Shown here: positions 27,668-41,090 of the stretch, piece by piece | How positions within the stretch are numbered: the stretch's first letter is position 1 | Layout of the letters: the number at the start of each line of letters is the position of its first letter | NCBI GenBank assembly: GCA_051294375.1 | Contig: CM119268.1 | Span: 18,244,005-18,308,004, forward strand | Direction of reading: 5' to 3' | DNA from: Paraspadella gotoi | Taxonomy: Eukaryota > Animalia > Chaetognatha | DNA: 64,000 nucleotides | Translations under genes and position numbers: made by a program | The notes under the pieces: model-generated | What the model was told of the DNA's origin: nothing | What the model saw: only the letters and a program-made list of their open reading frames with translations | Database searches by the model: none

Positions 27668-27915
27668 ACGTAATATATATGTGGATAAGCGCTACGTGGC
27701 TGAAGATGACTGTCCGTAACCTTCTAAACCCCCTCTTAGCAGCCATGGAACGGTCCCTGCGGTCTTCGGAACAAGGCTTCTGAGGGTTTTGCCCATGCCC
27801 AAGTGCGGCTTACGGCCGTCCTACGCTTCCCCAGAGTAGTACCGGTGTGGGATTGAAAGCCGTGTACCTTAGGGTCATGAGCTGATTGGCTTTACTCAAT
27901 GAGCCACCGGGTCAC
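27668..27915 (-). mobile_element. SINE-like element C, inverted re-copy of 18017-18255
   Basis: Reverse complement of 18017-18255 with the same flanks, inside the inverted block. Confidence 0.6.
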
Positions 27916-30820
27916 AAACGAAAGATTCAGATTCTAGCGGGGTGAACCTAGGCAATGCTACCGACTACTTATATATTTTTCTTTATTGCCGACGCTAGCG
28001 CGCACATTTTTTCTATTCCTATCGCGTCTGATATAAACTTCCAATTGTGTTTTCCTATCGGTCGAAGTTTACTGTCGACGCGTAATTTTTATCAAACACG
28101 AGGCAGAGCGTTATGATAATTTCTAACTTATTACCATTTGCAAATTGACATTATATTTTATATCCTCCTTTGTTCCCCTTTCGTTTTGTCGTTCTTCTTT
28201 ATGATTCTCCTTTGTGTTGCCTTTACATTCACATCACTTTCCCTCTTTTTTTTCTACTCGTCTCTATTTCTCGCTCTTTTACTGCGCATAAATAAATACA
28301 TAAATGCTAATTAAACAGTTCTGTCTAAACCATAAAAAAATTTTCATAAAATTCATTTGAAAGTAGATGATCACATAGACGTATTATATATTATTATATA
28401 TTAGTGAATATAGATATATTATATCCTCGGTCTAGACAAGCCGAATTTGGGGAACGTCTTAAATCTCGCTCTGACGAGACCAACTGGCCGAATTATGCAA
28501 ATTGCGAAATGATACTCAGCGCCGGCGGCGAGAAAAAGAGCGAAAAGGGAGGAGGACGTAACAGCTCCGTTTCCTGTTTTTACTATCTAAATTTCTTAGA
28601 TCGAGTGCTAAAAGTATGGAAAAAGAGGAGTTCTGCGATGGGGAGGGGGAGGAGAGATTGGGTGTTTTTAGACGAACCAAGATGAGAAAAATAGGAAGAG
28701 AGGAATGTATAGACTCATGATTCATGAGCGGAAATAAGATTCGGGTAATTTCAAAGAATCTGAACGTCGGTTGATTAGAAGTGAGGAATAAATAGCAATA
28801 GACTCGTGAAACTTGAAATGCTATGGTATGTAATTTTGATAACACGGTTCACGACGATGTTTCTCTCTCTCTGCTATTTTTCTATGTTTCAACCAGACCA
28901 ACTGCGGAACAAGATTCACCTCAACAACCCCTTCAAATTGTTAATGCCGTCAATGCTAGTCATCTAAAGTGAAAGTTTTCCTTTCTCCATTCCTTAACAA
29001 ATTTCGTGGTCTCATGGGATACGATTCTACACCGGGGATTTTAAAAAACGAGGCCAAACGCGGCCCCGCCCGGATGTGCACGGGGTTACTCTCAGTGTGG
29101 TGAGAAAGAGAGCAGGGAAGGCGGCGGGGAGTTGAGGAGTCGGAAAGGACAAATTCATGTTCGGGATCGTGTAGAGGTCTCCCTCGACTCCTCCTCTCTC
29201 TTCTCTCGTCCTCTCCTCCTACTCCTCTACGTTTCGGAGTCTTCTATTCTCTTATCATCTCTCTCGTCTCCACTCTTGCCTCCTCTCTACTCGCTCTCCT
29301 TATGCGCCCTCGAAGATATGCAACCTTTTACCTCTGATCATTTGTTTAACATCTTGTTTGTTTCTTCTTAATTGCAGGAAGATATTCGTCATTGTATTAT
29401 CTCGCTCCGTACGAACATCGACTTTTTTCACTTTTAACTTTTAACTAGAATCTCATGCCCAACTTCCCCCACCCCCACTCCACCAGTAGACAGACCGCGA
29501 CCAGTCCGACCGAATCAAAGACCAGAATTATTCCGCTTTCAAAAAATAAGCGTCATCGGCGTCCCCTGCCTCACACCACTCGTACCTGAAAAATACCCAA
29601 GCGGAGAATGAAGTCCGAAAACCTGTTTTGATTCTTCTTGTTCCAAACTTGCGTCATCACTTTTTTTAGGTGGGGGATCGTGGTAGTAGGAACGAGAGGA
29701 GGCCATGGATACTAACAGTGAGGGTCACTCGAACAAGCGAACCTCACACCGACTACAACTAACACGAGCATGTCGGCACGTCGATGTTAGACGACACGAG
29801 AACAGATAAAGACTAAAGCAACGGTGGGCGGTCGTGTGGCGCATGAATATTCTATTTGTACCGACTATGATCGCGACTTATAAGACACGACCGACTAATA
29901 GACTGCGCGAAATTCCGTTTTTGAATCTGTTAATGAAGCTCTGGAGTGATGAGGCGAAAAAAAAAAGTCCTACTGTCCATTAGATTTGGTGATTCGAGAG
30001 GGAAGTTTTGGCTTGGTTTTATTACCAGAGCATGCCTTCTCTTTTTTGTTACCTCAGAATATATTTATAGGGATATTGGGATTATTTTGAGCAATTCGGG
30101 CTGAGTTGGATCTCATTCTCTCTCTCTCTCTCTCTCTCCTCTCTCTCTAGNNNNNNNNNNNNNNNNNNNNNNNNNCAGCAAAGATTCACATGGAAACATC
30201 CAACGCTTTCACTTCCAACTTCTATCCAAAATAGAAATAGTAAATATTAAAAAAGCCGAGTAAAAGCAATGTGTTAATCAACTCGTTAAAACTAAATATT
30301 AGAAAGTAAAAAAAGACAAAAAATTTAATTGTTTTCTCTATTAATAAGACTCGAAAATAGCATTCACTTAAAAAATATCATAAAAAAAAATTAATTTGAG
30401 AATCGGCCATGGAATGACAGAAACTGATTCGTTTAATGTTAAAATCAATGAAGAAAATGAATTTAGAATAAAAAAAGGAATACAATACTAGCATTATTTT
30501 AGTTTAAACTTGGTAAAACCAATGAACTTTTTTGAGCGGAAAAAGATGTTTAGAAGGAGAAAGAGAAGGAGAAAGAGAAAAAGAAAGAGAGAGANNNNNN
30601 NNNNNNNNNNNNNNNNNNNNNNNNNNNNNNNNNNNNNNNNNNNNNNNNNNNNNNNNNNNNNNNNNNNNNNNNNNNNNNNNNNNNNNNNNNNNNNNNNNNN
30701 NNNNNNNNNNNNNNNNNNNNNNNNNNNNNNNNNNNNNNNNNNNTGTCTCATCTGTCTCTCCTCATCTTTCAATATCACTGTTTCTATCTCTGCTCTGCTC
30801 TCTCTCTCTCTCTCTCTCAC

Positions 30821-33800
30821 CTCTCCCCCGGACCTGCGACAGCGTCATGTCGCCTTAGCGCCGCCAACGAAGCGACGCCGCCGAGTCCGTGGATTTTGTG
30901 GACGCGATGGTGGAATGGAGGAGAGAAGCGAACGAGGAAGAAGTCGTCGTTGTCGTCGCGACGACGATGACGACGACGACGACGATGGTTGTTGTTGTTG
31001 TTGTAGAAGTCGTTGTCGTTGTGGTTCGGTCTCAAGTCGGCCACTCCGCTCTCTGTCGTCAAAGCCGACAACGACGAAGTCGACGACGAAGTTGATGAGA
31101 CGAAAACTGTCGTCGTTGTTGTTGTCGTCATTGTTATTGTCGTCGTCGTATAATTTTGTTTCGTCATTGAGTTTTTGTTTTGTTTTGTTAAATGAAAGAA
31201 AAGCGAAGAAAGTAAAAAACGGACAAAAGTAGGGAAAAGAGAAGGGAATCCGTTGACAAGTGTTTCTATCTCATTAAGTCGTAATATTTTTCCCAATCAC
31301 GACTTAATTTTTTTACTTTTTGCCAAAACAAAAGGTGGGCGACTATGAACCAAAAGGGTCAGGCGTCAATACTGCCCCAATGATCCGGCGCATTTGCAGC
31401 AGCAGACTTCAAAAAACTGTTCTTCGAATTCGACCCTACCCTTTCTCGATTACAAAAAAACTCACCAGCCGAATCGTCGGCGCTGAGGTTTCCGTTGACG
31501 GCGCCACGCCCACCACCGCCGCCGCAGCCGCCGCCGCTACTGCTGCTACTTCCGGTCCGTTTGGGCCGCAGGTTGGCGAGGCCGTCGTCGGGGCCCGAAA
31601 AAGAGGCAAACACGTGGGGCATGAGGGGCCCGAGGTCCTCGAGGGGCATATCGGTCACATGACGTCCGTAAGTCGTGCCTTTGGGGGCGCGTCGCCGGAG
31701 TTTGCTGTGTTGAGAGAGAGAGAGAGTAGAGAGAGAAGACTGAGAGAGAGAAGCAGAGAGAGATAGAGAGAGAGAGGCAGAGAAGGATGAGAGATGAGAG
31801 AGAGAGAGCGGTGATGGGACGAGATCACCGAGGTAAGGTAATGAGAAGAAAACTAAAAAGAAAAAAGAAAAGAAAAAAAAAGATTGTTAATATTGCGATG
31901 GTGAGAAAAAATGTGAGTAGACGTCATTATATCGATTACAATAAATAAGCTAATGATCTCGAAGGAATAAACAACCAATAAAACAATAATGAAATATAAA
32001 TACAATATAAATATAAGACATTGTGTTATCCTTTCTTTTTTTGTTGTTAGTGGAATTAACCTTTAATTTTAAGAGATAGGAAGATTTCGTGCGAAAATTC
32101 CACGAAATCTTTGTATCTCCTAAATCAATGTAAAAATATTAAGACAAATTTCAGTAATATTTAAGACAAAAATTACATGTAAAATTATCCATTCATTCAC
32201 TACATAAGCATTTTGACCTCTAATTAATTATAATATAAACCCTACCTAAACGTCCTCTTGCAAATAATCCCTTTTCAATGATCTCTCGCCAGGGGCGCCC
32301 TTGTTTGGCGCCGCTGACTCGTTTGAGCCTTCTGCGTCCGCCGCCATCACGGCGCTGCTTTGCCCCGTATGTGGATCTGACGCCGGGAGGACACTTGGCG
32401 CCGGAACGTCGTGGTCGTCGATCTCGGATTTTGATTGGAGTCGATGAATTGGAGCTGAAGAAAAACAAAGAGCAATCGACAGTATTAGTCGAAGCGAATT
32501 AATCAATAAATAATTAATTAACTCGTATGAATAACGATTTTAAAAAAAAATATAATTGTTCCATTTATTTCTCAATCATCAGAACTAAAATAGACATGGT
32601 ATTTACATTTTCCCGGTAAGAATGCCAATATTGTACTAACAACTCAACTCGCAAATTTAGAATATTTTAATAATTTTTTATCGTCAGAAAGAAACTTTTA
32701 AAACTACAAGAAGTCCTCGGGATTAGCTCAGATGTAGAGCGCTCGCTTAGCATGCGAGAAGTATCGCGGATCGATACCGGATCCTCCACTCATTCTTTTC
32801 TTTAAAAAAACTTTCACTGAGATTAACGAAGATTAAAAATTCCATTAACTCTGTAGGATTCTACCCAGGATTCTTTCGACCTTTGAAGCTGAGGGAGTTG
32901 GCGGAATCGCAATTGATATTATTAAATAACCTTAACTTAAAACTAATATACAAATTGATAATAAACGATTTTACTAAATCAAAATCATTCACTAACAGAG
33001 ACTAGTGCTTCACAACCACAACGATAATTAATTATAGATATTCCAATTACATTAATTATTCTAGCATGTTATTCTGTTATGTTAAAACAAGAGAACATTA
33101 CAACCTTAATTTTACTAGAGCACTCTAGTAGTAATTTCAATGGTTCTCATCTTGTCATTTCATTAAGATCTTAGTTTCTTTTCTTGTAAATGATTTTATT
33201 TACACATTTACTATCTTATCACTACAGTTTTAAATACTTATTTCTAATTGTTAATGTTTATTGATTTATGTCATCCTTATTTGATGTTAGTATTATTTGT
33301 TACTGCCTTTTGTTTGTTATGCATATAGATAATTCTATGATATCTATGATGCTTTGAATTATTTTATTAAGGTGAATTTTTATAATTGAACAAATAAAAG
33401 ATTTGTTCTGGAAACAATTTTTATCATTTGAACGAACTAGTGAGACTCAGTACGCACGTGCTGACCGTTCACCACAACCTGCGTACCAATTTTTTCACTG
33501 GCTCTTTAAATCCCATGCATGCACGTACGTTGCAAAGTAATTACACGCGTACACGCCTGACCTCGCAACACTGCGACTGACCTGGACGGAGAGCAGCGAC
33601 GTCCCTGAAGACGACGGGGAGAGTTTGAAGCCGCGCGTCGAGTTCAGAGAAGAGTAGACGTCCGGCACGAAACCCTGGCGTGGAAAAAGAAAAAAAAAAA
33701 GGACTGATAAAAACAAATTAACACAGTAATTTCCAAATACAAGGGACGACTACAACAAAGATGTTTCTCTTGTCTTAGCGTTGCACGCACCAATTGTTCA

Positions 33801-34980
33801 TGCTTTACCTCTTTATTTACCTTTTGTTCGTCTCGAAAAAGACGGAGAAATCAAAACGTTAAACATATTTTCTTTTTTTTCAAAATTTCGAACAAAGAAA
33901 GTAAATGATAGTTAAAGATAAGAAATAGAATTGCGGGAAAGATTTCTTTGGAGGAAAACAAAAATGGCGAAACTGAAACGGATCCGCAATCTGGAATCGA
34001 CTTCTGGATTAAATTCGGGAAAAATATTGGAAACGCGGCAAAAGTGAAATCTGGTAGAAAGAGAAGACGCGACGCTCAGAGAACAACGACGTCTACAATG
34101 ACGACGACGGACGACGACGACGACGACGACGAGACGAAGACGACTGAGGACTGATGGCAACCGCTGAACGAAGAAGCGATCACGTTATTTCACGTTCCTC
34201 GAAGCCGCCCGGAGTCTTTTGATCCCGGGAAACGATAAAACTTTATAACCACCCCTGGGTCCATTGCTGACCAGCAGCGGTCAGTGAGGAACCTCTTCAC
34301 AGCACCTGCCTTTTGCATCGGGTTATTCACACTGAGGGGGGCTAGGATTTCTAGATTTCCCGGCTATGACCGTGGGACAAATAATGATTTTGAATGGAAA
34401 GGATAAGAATGTGTATTACCGATTTCCCTTGTAATAATTTGGGAGAGCACTCAGAACGTACTCATGAATCAATGAAACACCATTGAAAAAGATCACTGAT
34501 GAACAAGATTCAAAGCGGATGGCGCCAGACGAGAAATTGCCACTGATTTAATCTCCGGAATTCTCTTGATGGGGACGGCTGCTCGGAGGCGGTCGGGGCG
34601 TTCGCAGGTCAATGAACCTTCAACAATTTCAGTGGAAATTAGAATGAAAATTTCAAATTGTGACTCTAGCAGAGAAAGACAGAGAGAGAGTGAGAGAGAA
34701 AGATAATGAATTTATATGCCGGTTCTCCCTCAAAGCATATGAGATGCGTTTATCGTATTTCGGTCTCCACTAGGAAAAAGTTTAACCTTCGAATTCTCGG
34801 GTCGAAAAAAATTCGATCTTGAAAATTTCGTGATTCTTAATTTAAACCTAGAGCTCTTCTCATGGATCTATGCCAGAGGATGGATCGAGTTTCACGATTT
34901 AAAATTAGAATTTTGGAGTAATTTGATAAATAAAATCTTGTAACGGTGAGAGAGAGAGATGAGAGAAGAGAGATGAGAGA

Positions 34981-35013
<33 letters not shown>

Positions 35014-36657
35014 GAGAGAGATGACGAGAGAGCAGGAGATTCCATGACTCAGAGAATATATATTGCAAAAGTAATCACTCTCTTTCGAGTTATTAAAGAT
35101 ATAGAAGATTTAGAAAATTATACTATTTAGTTAAAAATTTAAAAGATATAACAGATGTATAATTTCTCTAAGGATTGACATTTTGCTCCGTTAAAAATCG
35201 ATAGGGATGTTAGAAACTGCATTATAAAACAAACCTAACAAGACCTCTAATAATTCTTCCAAGGAACGGTTCTTATCTCTTCCATATTGCAAGAGTTTCT
35301 GACCTCGTTTCAATGCGAATGAGTTTAGTCCTCGTTAGACGCGGGAGATAAAGTCTCTGTTGGCGCCTGAAGCTGGAAAAGTCGGTCGGAGTCAACTTAT
35401 AACGACGATCTATCAGTGTCTGTATAAACCCGCGTCTCCCTCTCAGAATGATCTTATATACATAGAAAGATTAGTCAGTATGATAGTGCAACCCATTATA
35501 TCGTCTGAGGTATGGACATTTGAGCCTACAGGATTAAGAATTAAATTATATTGAAAAAAATGAGAGGTGTTGATTGAAAGTTTCCAGGGTCCTGCTATGT
35601 TATTATCTTGAATGTGTTATAAAGGCCTTTTAAACCACCAATGCCAAGTCGTGGGCAATTTTAGTTATTTTTTAAATGAAAGGATAAATTTATATTGGTT
35701 GTTTCATTTCATATATGTAAAGAATTATCTACAGATAAAGTCTCATATTTTCTTCTTTTTTTCATTTATTCTTATTCTTATTTATTTTCCTTTTTTTCCC
35801 CTCTTTTTCCTCGTTCTCCCTTCTCCTATTCTTTCTTCGCTTTCTCGCTTTTCTATCAACTTATTCGGCGCCGTGATGTCGAAATTGGGAAGATTAATCG
35901 TCGCCGGCCCGTCGTTTGTCGTTCACGTCGTTGTGTCGTTGTCTTCAACAACATTCATCGTCGACATCATCGTCGCCATCGTCGCAATAATTCGTCGTCT
36001 GTCGACCCAAGAATTCAACTCGAATCTTTTCCCATAGGGAAATAGAATTTCGCTCATCCGACGTTCCAATTCGTTCTTCTTGCCCGCCCAGTGCTTCCTG
36101 CCCGCCTAGTGGTCTCCCGCCCACTTGTTTGTTTCGCCTAGTGACCGACTGCCTTGTGCTTCGCTCGCCTCTCAATTTAGTCAACATCTCTAGTCAGTAT
36201 CGGTAGCCTGTATGAGGATATATTTTTCGTTGCGGATATTTTAAAATTGGGTTAAATGTCGCTTGTCACGTTTTATTGTAAATCGTGATGCTCGGAAGCT
36301 TGTTTTCGCAAACATCATATGAATATAATAAATTTGCACTGCCTAAATCTTAGAGTTTTTAATTATTCTCTCGCAAATTCCGATTCCTTCCAACAACATG
36401 GAAACGCATGTTTTAATTTCTCCCACTCACGGCCGATGTAGCCAAATTCAAGTCGCGCACTACGAATACCCGCATTTCACACCAAACTCCACTCGTCACA
36501 AGCTCGGAACGATTCACCAATCACCATCCTCAAAATTCTCATCGCTAAACCAATTAGTTTCTTATGGAGACCGAAAATGACCTCATCACTCACTGTGATT
36601 CATTGTTCAGCTGAAAGTATTCCTTGGGGTACTCTCTCGCTCTCTCGCTCCTCTCCT

Positions 36658-36696
<39 letters not shown>

Positions 36697-37399
36697 CTTC
36701 TCTCTCTCGCTCCCTCCGCTCTTTCTAATAAAAGATGAGATTGGTAATCGTAAATCCAAGCAGGAGTTGTGATGTTGACGTTTGAAAATTGGGAACTGAT
36801 TAAGTTGCCAAATAAAAATTTTTTTTCCCGCCAATTTGCCAACTTGAGCAGCGGCCATAGTTTTTTTATTAAAACGGCCCTCCGCGCAAAAAAAGTAGAT
36901 GTTAAACAAATTGTTAAGCGTACAATATCATAGGAAGAAATACATTCCGGAGATATTTTGCATTTGATTATCATTGTGAATTCACAACATTTCATTAATT
37001 GACGAAGTAATGAGTAAAAGTTAAAAATTTTTCAAACTTGTGTTGAGCATTAGGTTTAAAGAAACAAAAAATTAACGGGGAAGTGAAAAGACGAGAACAA
37101 GGACGAGAGATCATTCCTTTCCTTTTGTTTGTCGTGGACAGTTGTTGTTGTTCGTCGACATCGTGCGTTGGGCCCTGCTCGTCATGCGGCTATTCATCGT
37201 CGTCGTTGTGGTTGTCGTTGCTGTGGTTGTCGTCATTCGACACTGAAAAGCGACCGCGAAATGGAAATAAACAAGGATCTGGTGATTGACGCCGTCCACG
37301 TCGTTTGAGTTGGACACGATGCCAGGAATGAAGAGAGAGAGACGAGAGAGAGAGAGAGAGAGAGACGAGAGAGAGAGAGGAGAAGATGAGATTGAAGAG

Positions 37400-37430
<31 letters not shown>

Positions 37431-40400
37431 GGAGAGAATTTTAAAAGATGGGATAATAATGATGATGTCTTCGACGACAACAGAAAAATAAATTTTCAAT
37501 TCCTATAAGAGATATTTATAAATTATTTTTATATTTGATAAAAAATAAATGGTTACTTTTTTTTTTTCTTTTTTCTTTTGAGATGATAGTTTTTAGTCCT
37601 ATTATTACATTCGTATGTAAAATGCTTCAACCTTTTAAAAAGGGTTATTACTCCCTTCACCCTTTTTCTCACTCGAGAAGAGAGATAAAAGATTAATGGA
37701 GTCAGAAAGAAAAGGTAAAACCGAACTTGAAGAAAGAATAATGGGAAGAAAGAAAAAGTCCGGATCTGATGGAGGATAAGAAAGACAAAGAGATCCGGAT
37801 CGATAATAAAAAGACAAAGGAGAACGAGATAGAAGATAAAGAAAGGAACAAAAGGGAGATCCGAGAAAGAAATGGAAATGACGAAGGAATCCGAGAAAAG
37901 AAAAAGAAAGATTAAAAGGAGATCCGAGGAAAAGAAGAAAACAGGGAGATCAGAGAAAGAAGAAAGATAGATAAAAGGAAGAAAGAAAGAAGGAAAGAAA
38001 ATGAAAGAAAAAAAAGAAAGGAAAGAAAGATAAGAAAAGGAAAAAAAAAAAAGAAAGAAAGATTAAGAAAGATGTAAGTAAGAAAGAAAGAAAGGAAAAA
38101 AAAACAAAGTGAGATCGAGAAAAAAGAATGATCTAAGGAAAGGAGAAAAAGGGAAGAAAGAATGATAAATATGATATGGAAAAAAATGATTAGTATAGAC
38201 CAAAAATAGATATTCTGAATTAATTTAAAAGCGTTGTCATAAAAGGAAAATATGACGCCTAAATGATTAATCGGTAATATTAAATAAAGAAAGGATGATA
38301 AAGTAAGTAAAAGGAATAAAAGAAAGGAATAGACTAAAAGAAAGATAAGATAAGAAAGAAGAAAGAAAGAAAGAAAGAAAGAAAAGAAAGATAAGAAAGA
38401 GAGGGAGAAAGAAAGAAAGATAAGAAAGAAGTCCCGTTTAAAGTGTTCGTATTTTGTCACTATCGTTTATAATCCAGTCCCCAACAAACATCTACCACAC
38501 TCTCACCAATTCCCCCTAAACACAAGACCCACCGCTGCTTGGAACGATCCTCGATTGTTTTCGCGTTTTTATTGACGAATTCGCCGTCGGTGACTTGATG
38601 ACGAACACGGTATAAATCGCTCAACGCAGTTCACTGTGACTCCTTTATTTGTTTTCTTATATTTTGAGTTTTTTTTTGATTCGATGAGAATATAATAAAA
38701 AGAAAACGATGTATATATTTGTCGTCACGGCGAGAGAAAAGAATGAGAATTCGACCACGCAAGAAGGGGATCTCTCTCTTTTTNNNNNNNNNNNNNNNNN
38801 NNNNNNNNGTAAGGTAATGAGAAGAAAACTAAAAAGAAAAAGAAAAGAAAAAAAAAGATTGTTAATATTGCGATGGTGAGAAAAATGGGTGAGTAGACGT
38901 CATTATATCGATTACAATAAATAAGCTAATGATCTCGAAGGAAATAAACAACCAATAAACAATAAATGAAATATAAAATACAATATAAAATAGACATTGT
39001 GTTATCCTTTCTTTTTTGTTGTTTTAGTAGAATTAACTTTAATTTTAAGAGATAGGAAGATTTCGTGGAAAATTCCACGAAATCTTTGTATCTCCTAAAT
39101 CAATGTAAAAAATATTAAGACAAATTTCATAATATTAAGACAAAATTACATGTAAATTATCCATTCATTCACTACATAAGCAATTTTGACCTCAATAATT
39201 ATAATATAAACCCTACCTAAACGTCCTCTGCAAAAATCCCTGTTTCAATGATCTCTCGCCAGGGGCGCCTGTTTTGGCGCCGCTGGTTGACGCCGCCTGC
39301 GTCGCCGCCATCACGGCGCTGTTGGCCCCGTATGTGGATCTGACGCCGGGAGGACACTTGGCGCCGGAAACGTCGTGGCGTCGATCTCGGATTTTGATTG
39401 GAGTCGATGAATTGGAGCTGAAGAAAAACAAAGGAGCAATCGACAGTATTAGTCAAAGCGAATTAATCAATAAATAATTAATTAACTCGATGAATAACGA
39501 TTTAAAAAAAAGTATAATTGTTCCATTTATTTCTCAATCATCAAAACTAAAATAGACATGGTATTTACATTTTCCCGGTAAGAATGCAATATTGTACTAA
39601 CAACTCAACTCGCAAATTTAGGAATATTTAATAATTTTTTATCGTCAGAAAGAAACTTTAAAACTACCAAGAAGTCCTCGGGATTAGCTCAGATGGTAGA
39701 GGCTCGCTTAGCATGCGAGAAGTACGGGATCGATACCGATCCTCCACTCATTCTTTTCTTAAAAAAACTTTCACTAAGATTAACGAAGATTAAAAATTCC
39801 ATTAACTCTGTAGGATTCACCCAGGACCGGAAGGAGGGAGTTGGGCGAATCGCCAATTGATATTATAAATAACCTTAACTTAAAACTAATATACAAATTG
39901 ATAATAAACGATTTTACTAAATCAAAATCATTCACTAACAGAGACTTAGTGCTTCACACCACAAACGATAATTAATTATAGATATTCCAATACATTAATT
40001 ATTCTAGCATGTTATTCTGTTATGTTAAAACAAGAGAACATTACAACCTTATATTTTACTAGAGCACTCTAGTAGTATTTCAATGGTTTCTCATTCTTGT
40101 CATTTCATTAAGATCTTAGTCTTTCTTGTAAATGATTTATTCTACACATTTACTATCTATCACTACAGTTTAAATACTTATTCTAATTGTTAATGTTTAT
40201 TGATTTATGTCATTCCTTATTGATGTTAGTATTATTTGTTACTGCTTTTGTTTGTTAATGCATATAGATAATTCTATGAATATCTATATGCTTTGATTAT
40301 TTTATTAAGGTGAATTTTATAATTGAACAAATAAAAGATTTGTTCTTGGAACAATTTTATCATTTGAACGAACTAGTGAGACTCAGACGCACGTGTGACC

Positions 40401-40790
40401 GTTCACCACAACTCGACCAATTTTTTTCACTGGCTCTTTAAATCCATGCATGCACGTACGTGCAAAGTATTACACGCGTACACGCCTGACCTCGCAACAC
40501 TGCGACTGACCTGGACGGAGAGCAGCGACGTCCCTGAAGACGACGGGGAGAGTTGAAGCCGGCGTCCGAGTTCAGAGAAGAGTAGACGTCCGGCACCGAA
40601 ACCCTGGCGGTGGAAAAAGAAAAAAAAGGATTGATAAAAACAAATTAACACAGTAATTTCAAATACAAGGACGACTACAACAAAGATGTTTCTCTTGTCT
40701 TACGTTGCACGCACCAATTGTCATGCTTTGCCTCTTTATTTACCTTTTGTTCGTCCTCGAAAAAGACGGAGAAATCAAAACGTTAAACAT
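30821..40790 (-). CDS. 5' exons of the PP2C-like gene (best reading assembled across re-copies)
   Basis: ATG at 40790. Exons 40790-40744 (MFNVLISPSFSRTNK), 40603-40511, 39417-39217 and 31704-31466 (KLRRRAPKGTTYGRHVTDMPLEDLGPLMPHVFASFSGPDDGL) splice in consistent phase over GT-AG introns; 31106-30821 is a probable next exon. Exons 1-3 also occur at 33866-32246. The link to the exon at 13383 is unresolved. Confidence 0.7.
32717..32788 (+). tRNA. tRNA-Ala(AGC)-like gene or pseudogene, antisense within PP2C-like intron
   Basis: TCGGGATTAGCTCAGATG(G)TAGAGCGCTCGCTTAGCATGCGAGAAGTA..GGATCGATACC..ATCCTCCA. Anticodon arm CTCGC-TTAGCAT-GCGAG, G3:U70 retained, T-run downstream; pairs 1:72 and 2:71 broken. 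Confidence 0.75.
35560..35715 (-). mobile_element. Dispersed repeat B, inverted copy
   Basis: Reverse complement matches 6190-6350 (caagataataacatagcaggaccctg vs caagataatgacatagcaggtccctg). Confidence 0.65.
39678..39746 (+). tRNA. tRNA-Ala(AGC)-like, second (re-copied) instance
   Basis: Same sequence and flanks as 32717-32788 with different small indels. Confidence 0.7.
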
Positions 40791-41009
40791 ATTTTCTTTT
40801 TTTCCAAATTCGAACAAAGAAAGTAAATGAAGTAGAGAAAGAAATAGAATTTGCGAAAGATTTCTTTGGAGGAAAACAAAATGGCGAAACTGAAACGGAT
40901 CCGCAATCTGGAATCGACTTCTGGATTAAATTCGGAAAATATTGGAAACGCGGCAAAAGTGAAATCTGGTAGAAGAGAAGACGCGACGCGAGAACAACGA
41001 CGTCTACAA

Positions 41010-41043
<34 letters not shown>

Positions 41044-41080
41044 AACGACGACGAGGACGATGGCAACGTGAACGAAGAGG

Positions 41081-41090
41081 ATCACGTGAT
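41081..41090. promoter_or_regulatory. Palindromic E-box ATCACGTGAT about 300 bp upstream of the PP2C-like ATG
   Basis: Perfect 10-bp palindrome; a YY1-like AAAATGGCG lies at about 40878-40886 in the putative 5' UTR. Confidence 0.35.

Noticed and set aside
15700-30150. Giant inverted repeat as a foldback/Polinton-type transposon or real palindrome
   Set aside because: The arms contain host intron/exon sequence, show indel-type noise, end at 25-N gaps and enclose no transposase or polymerase; an artefact is more parsimonious.
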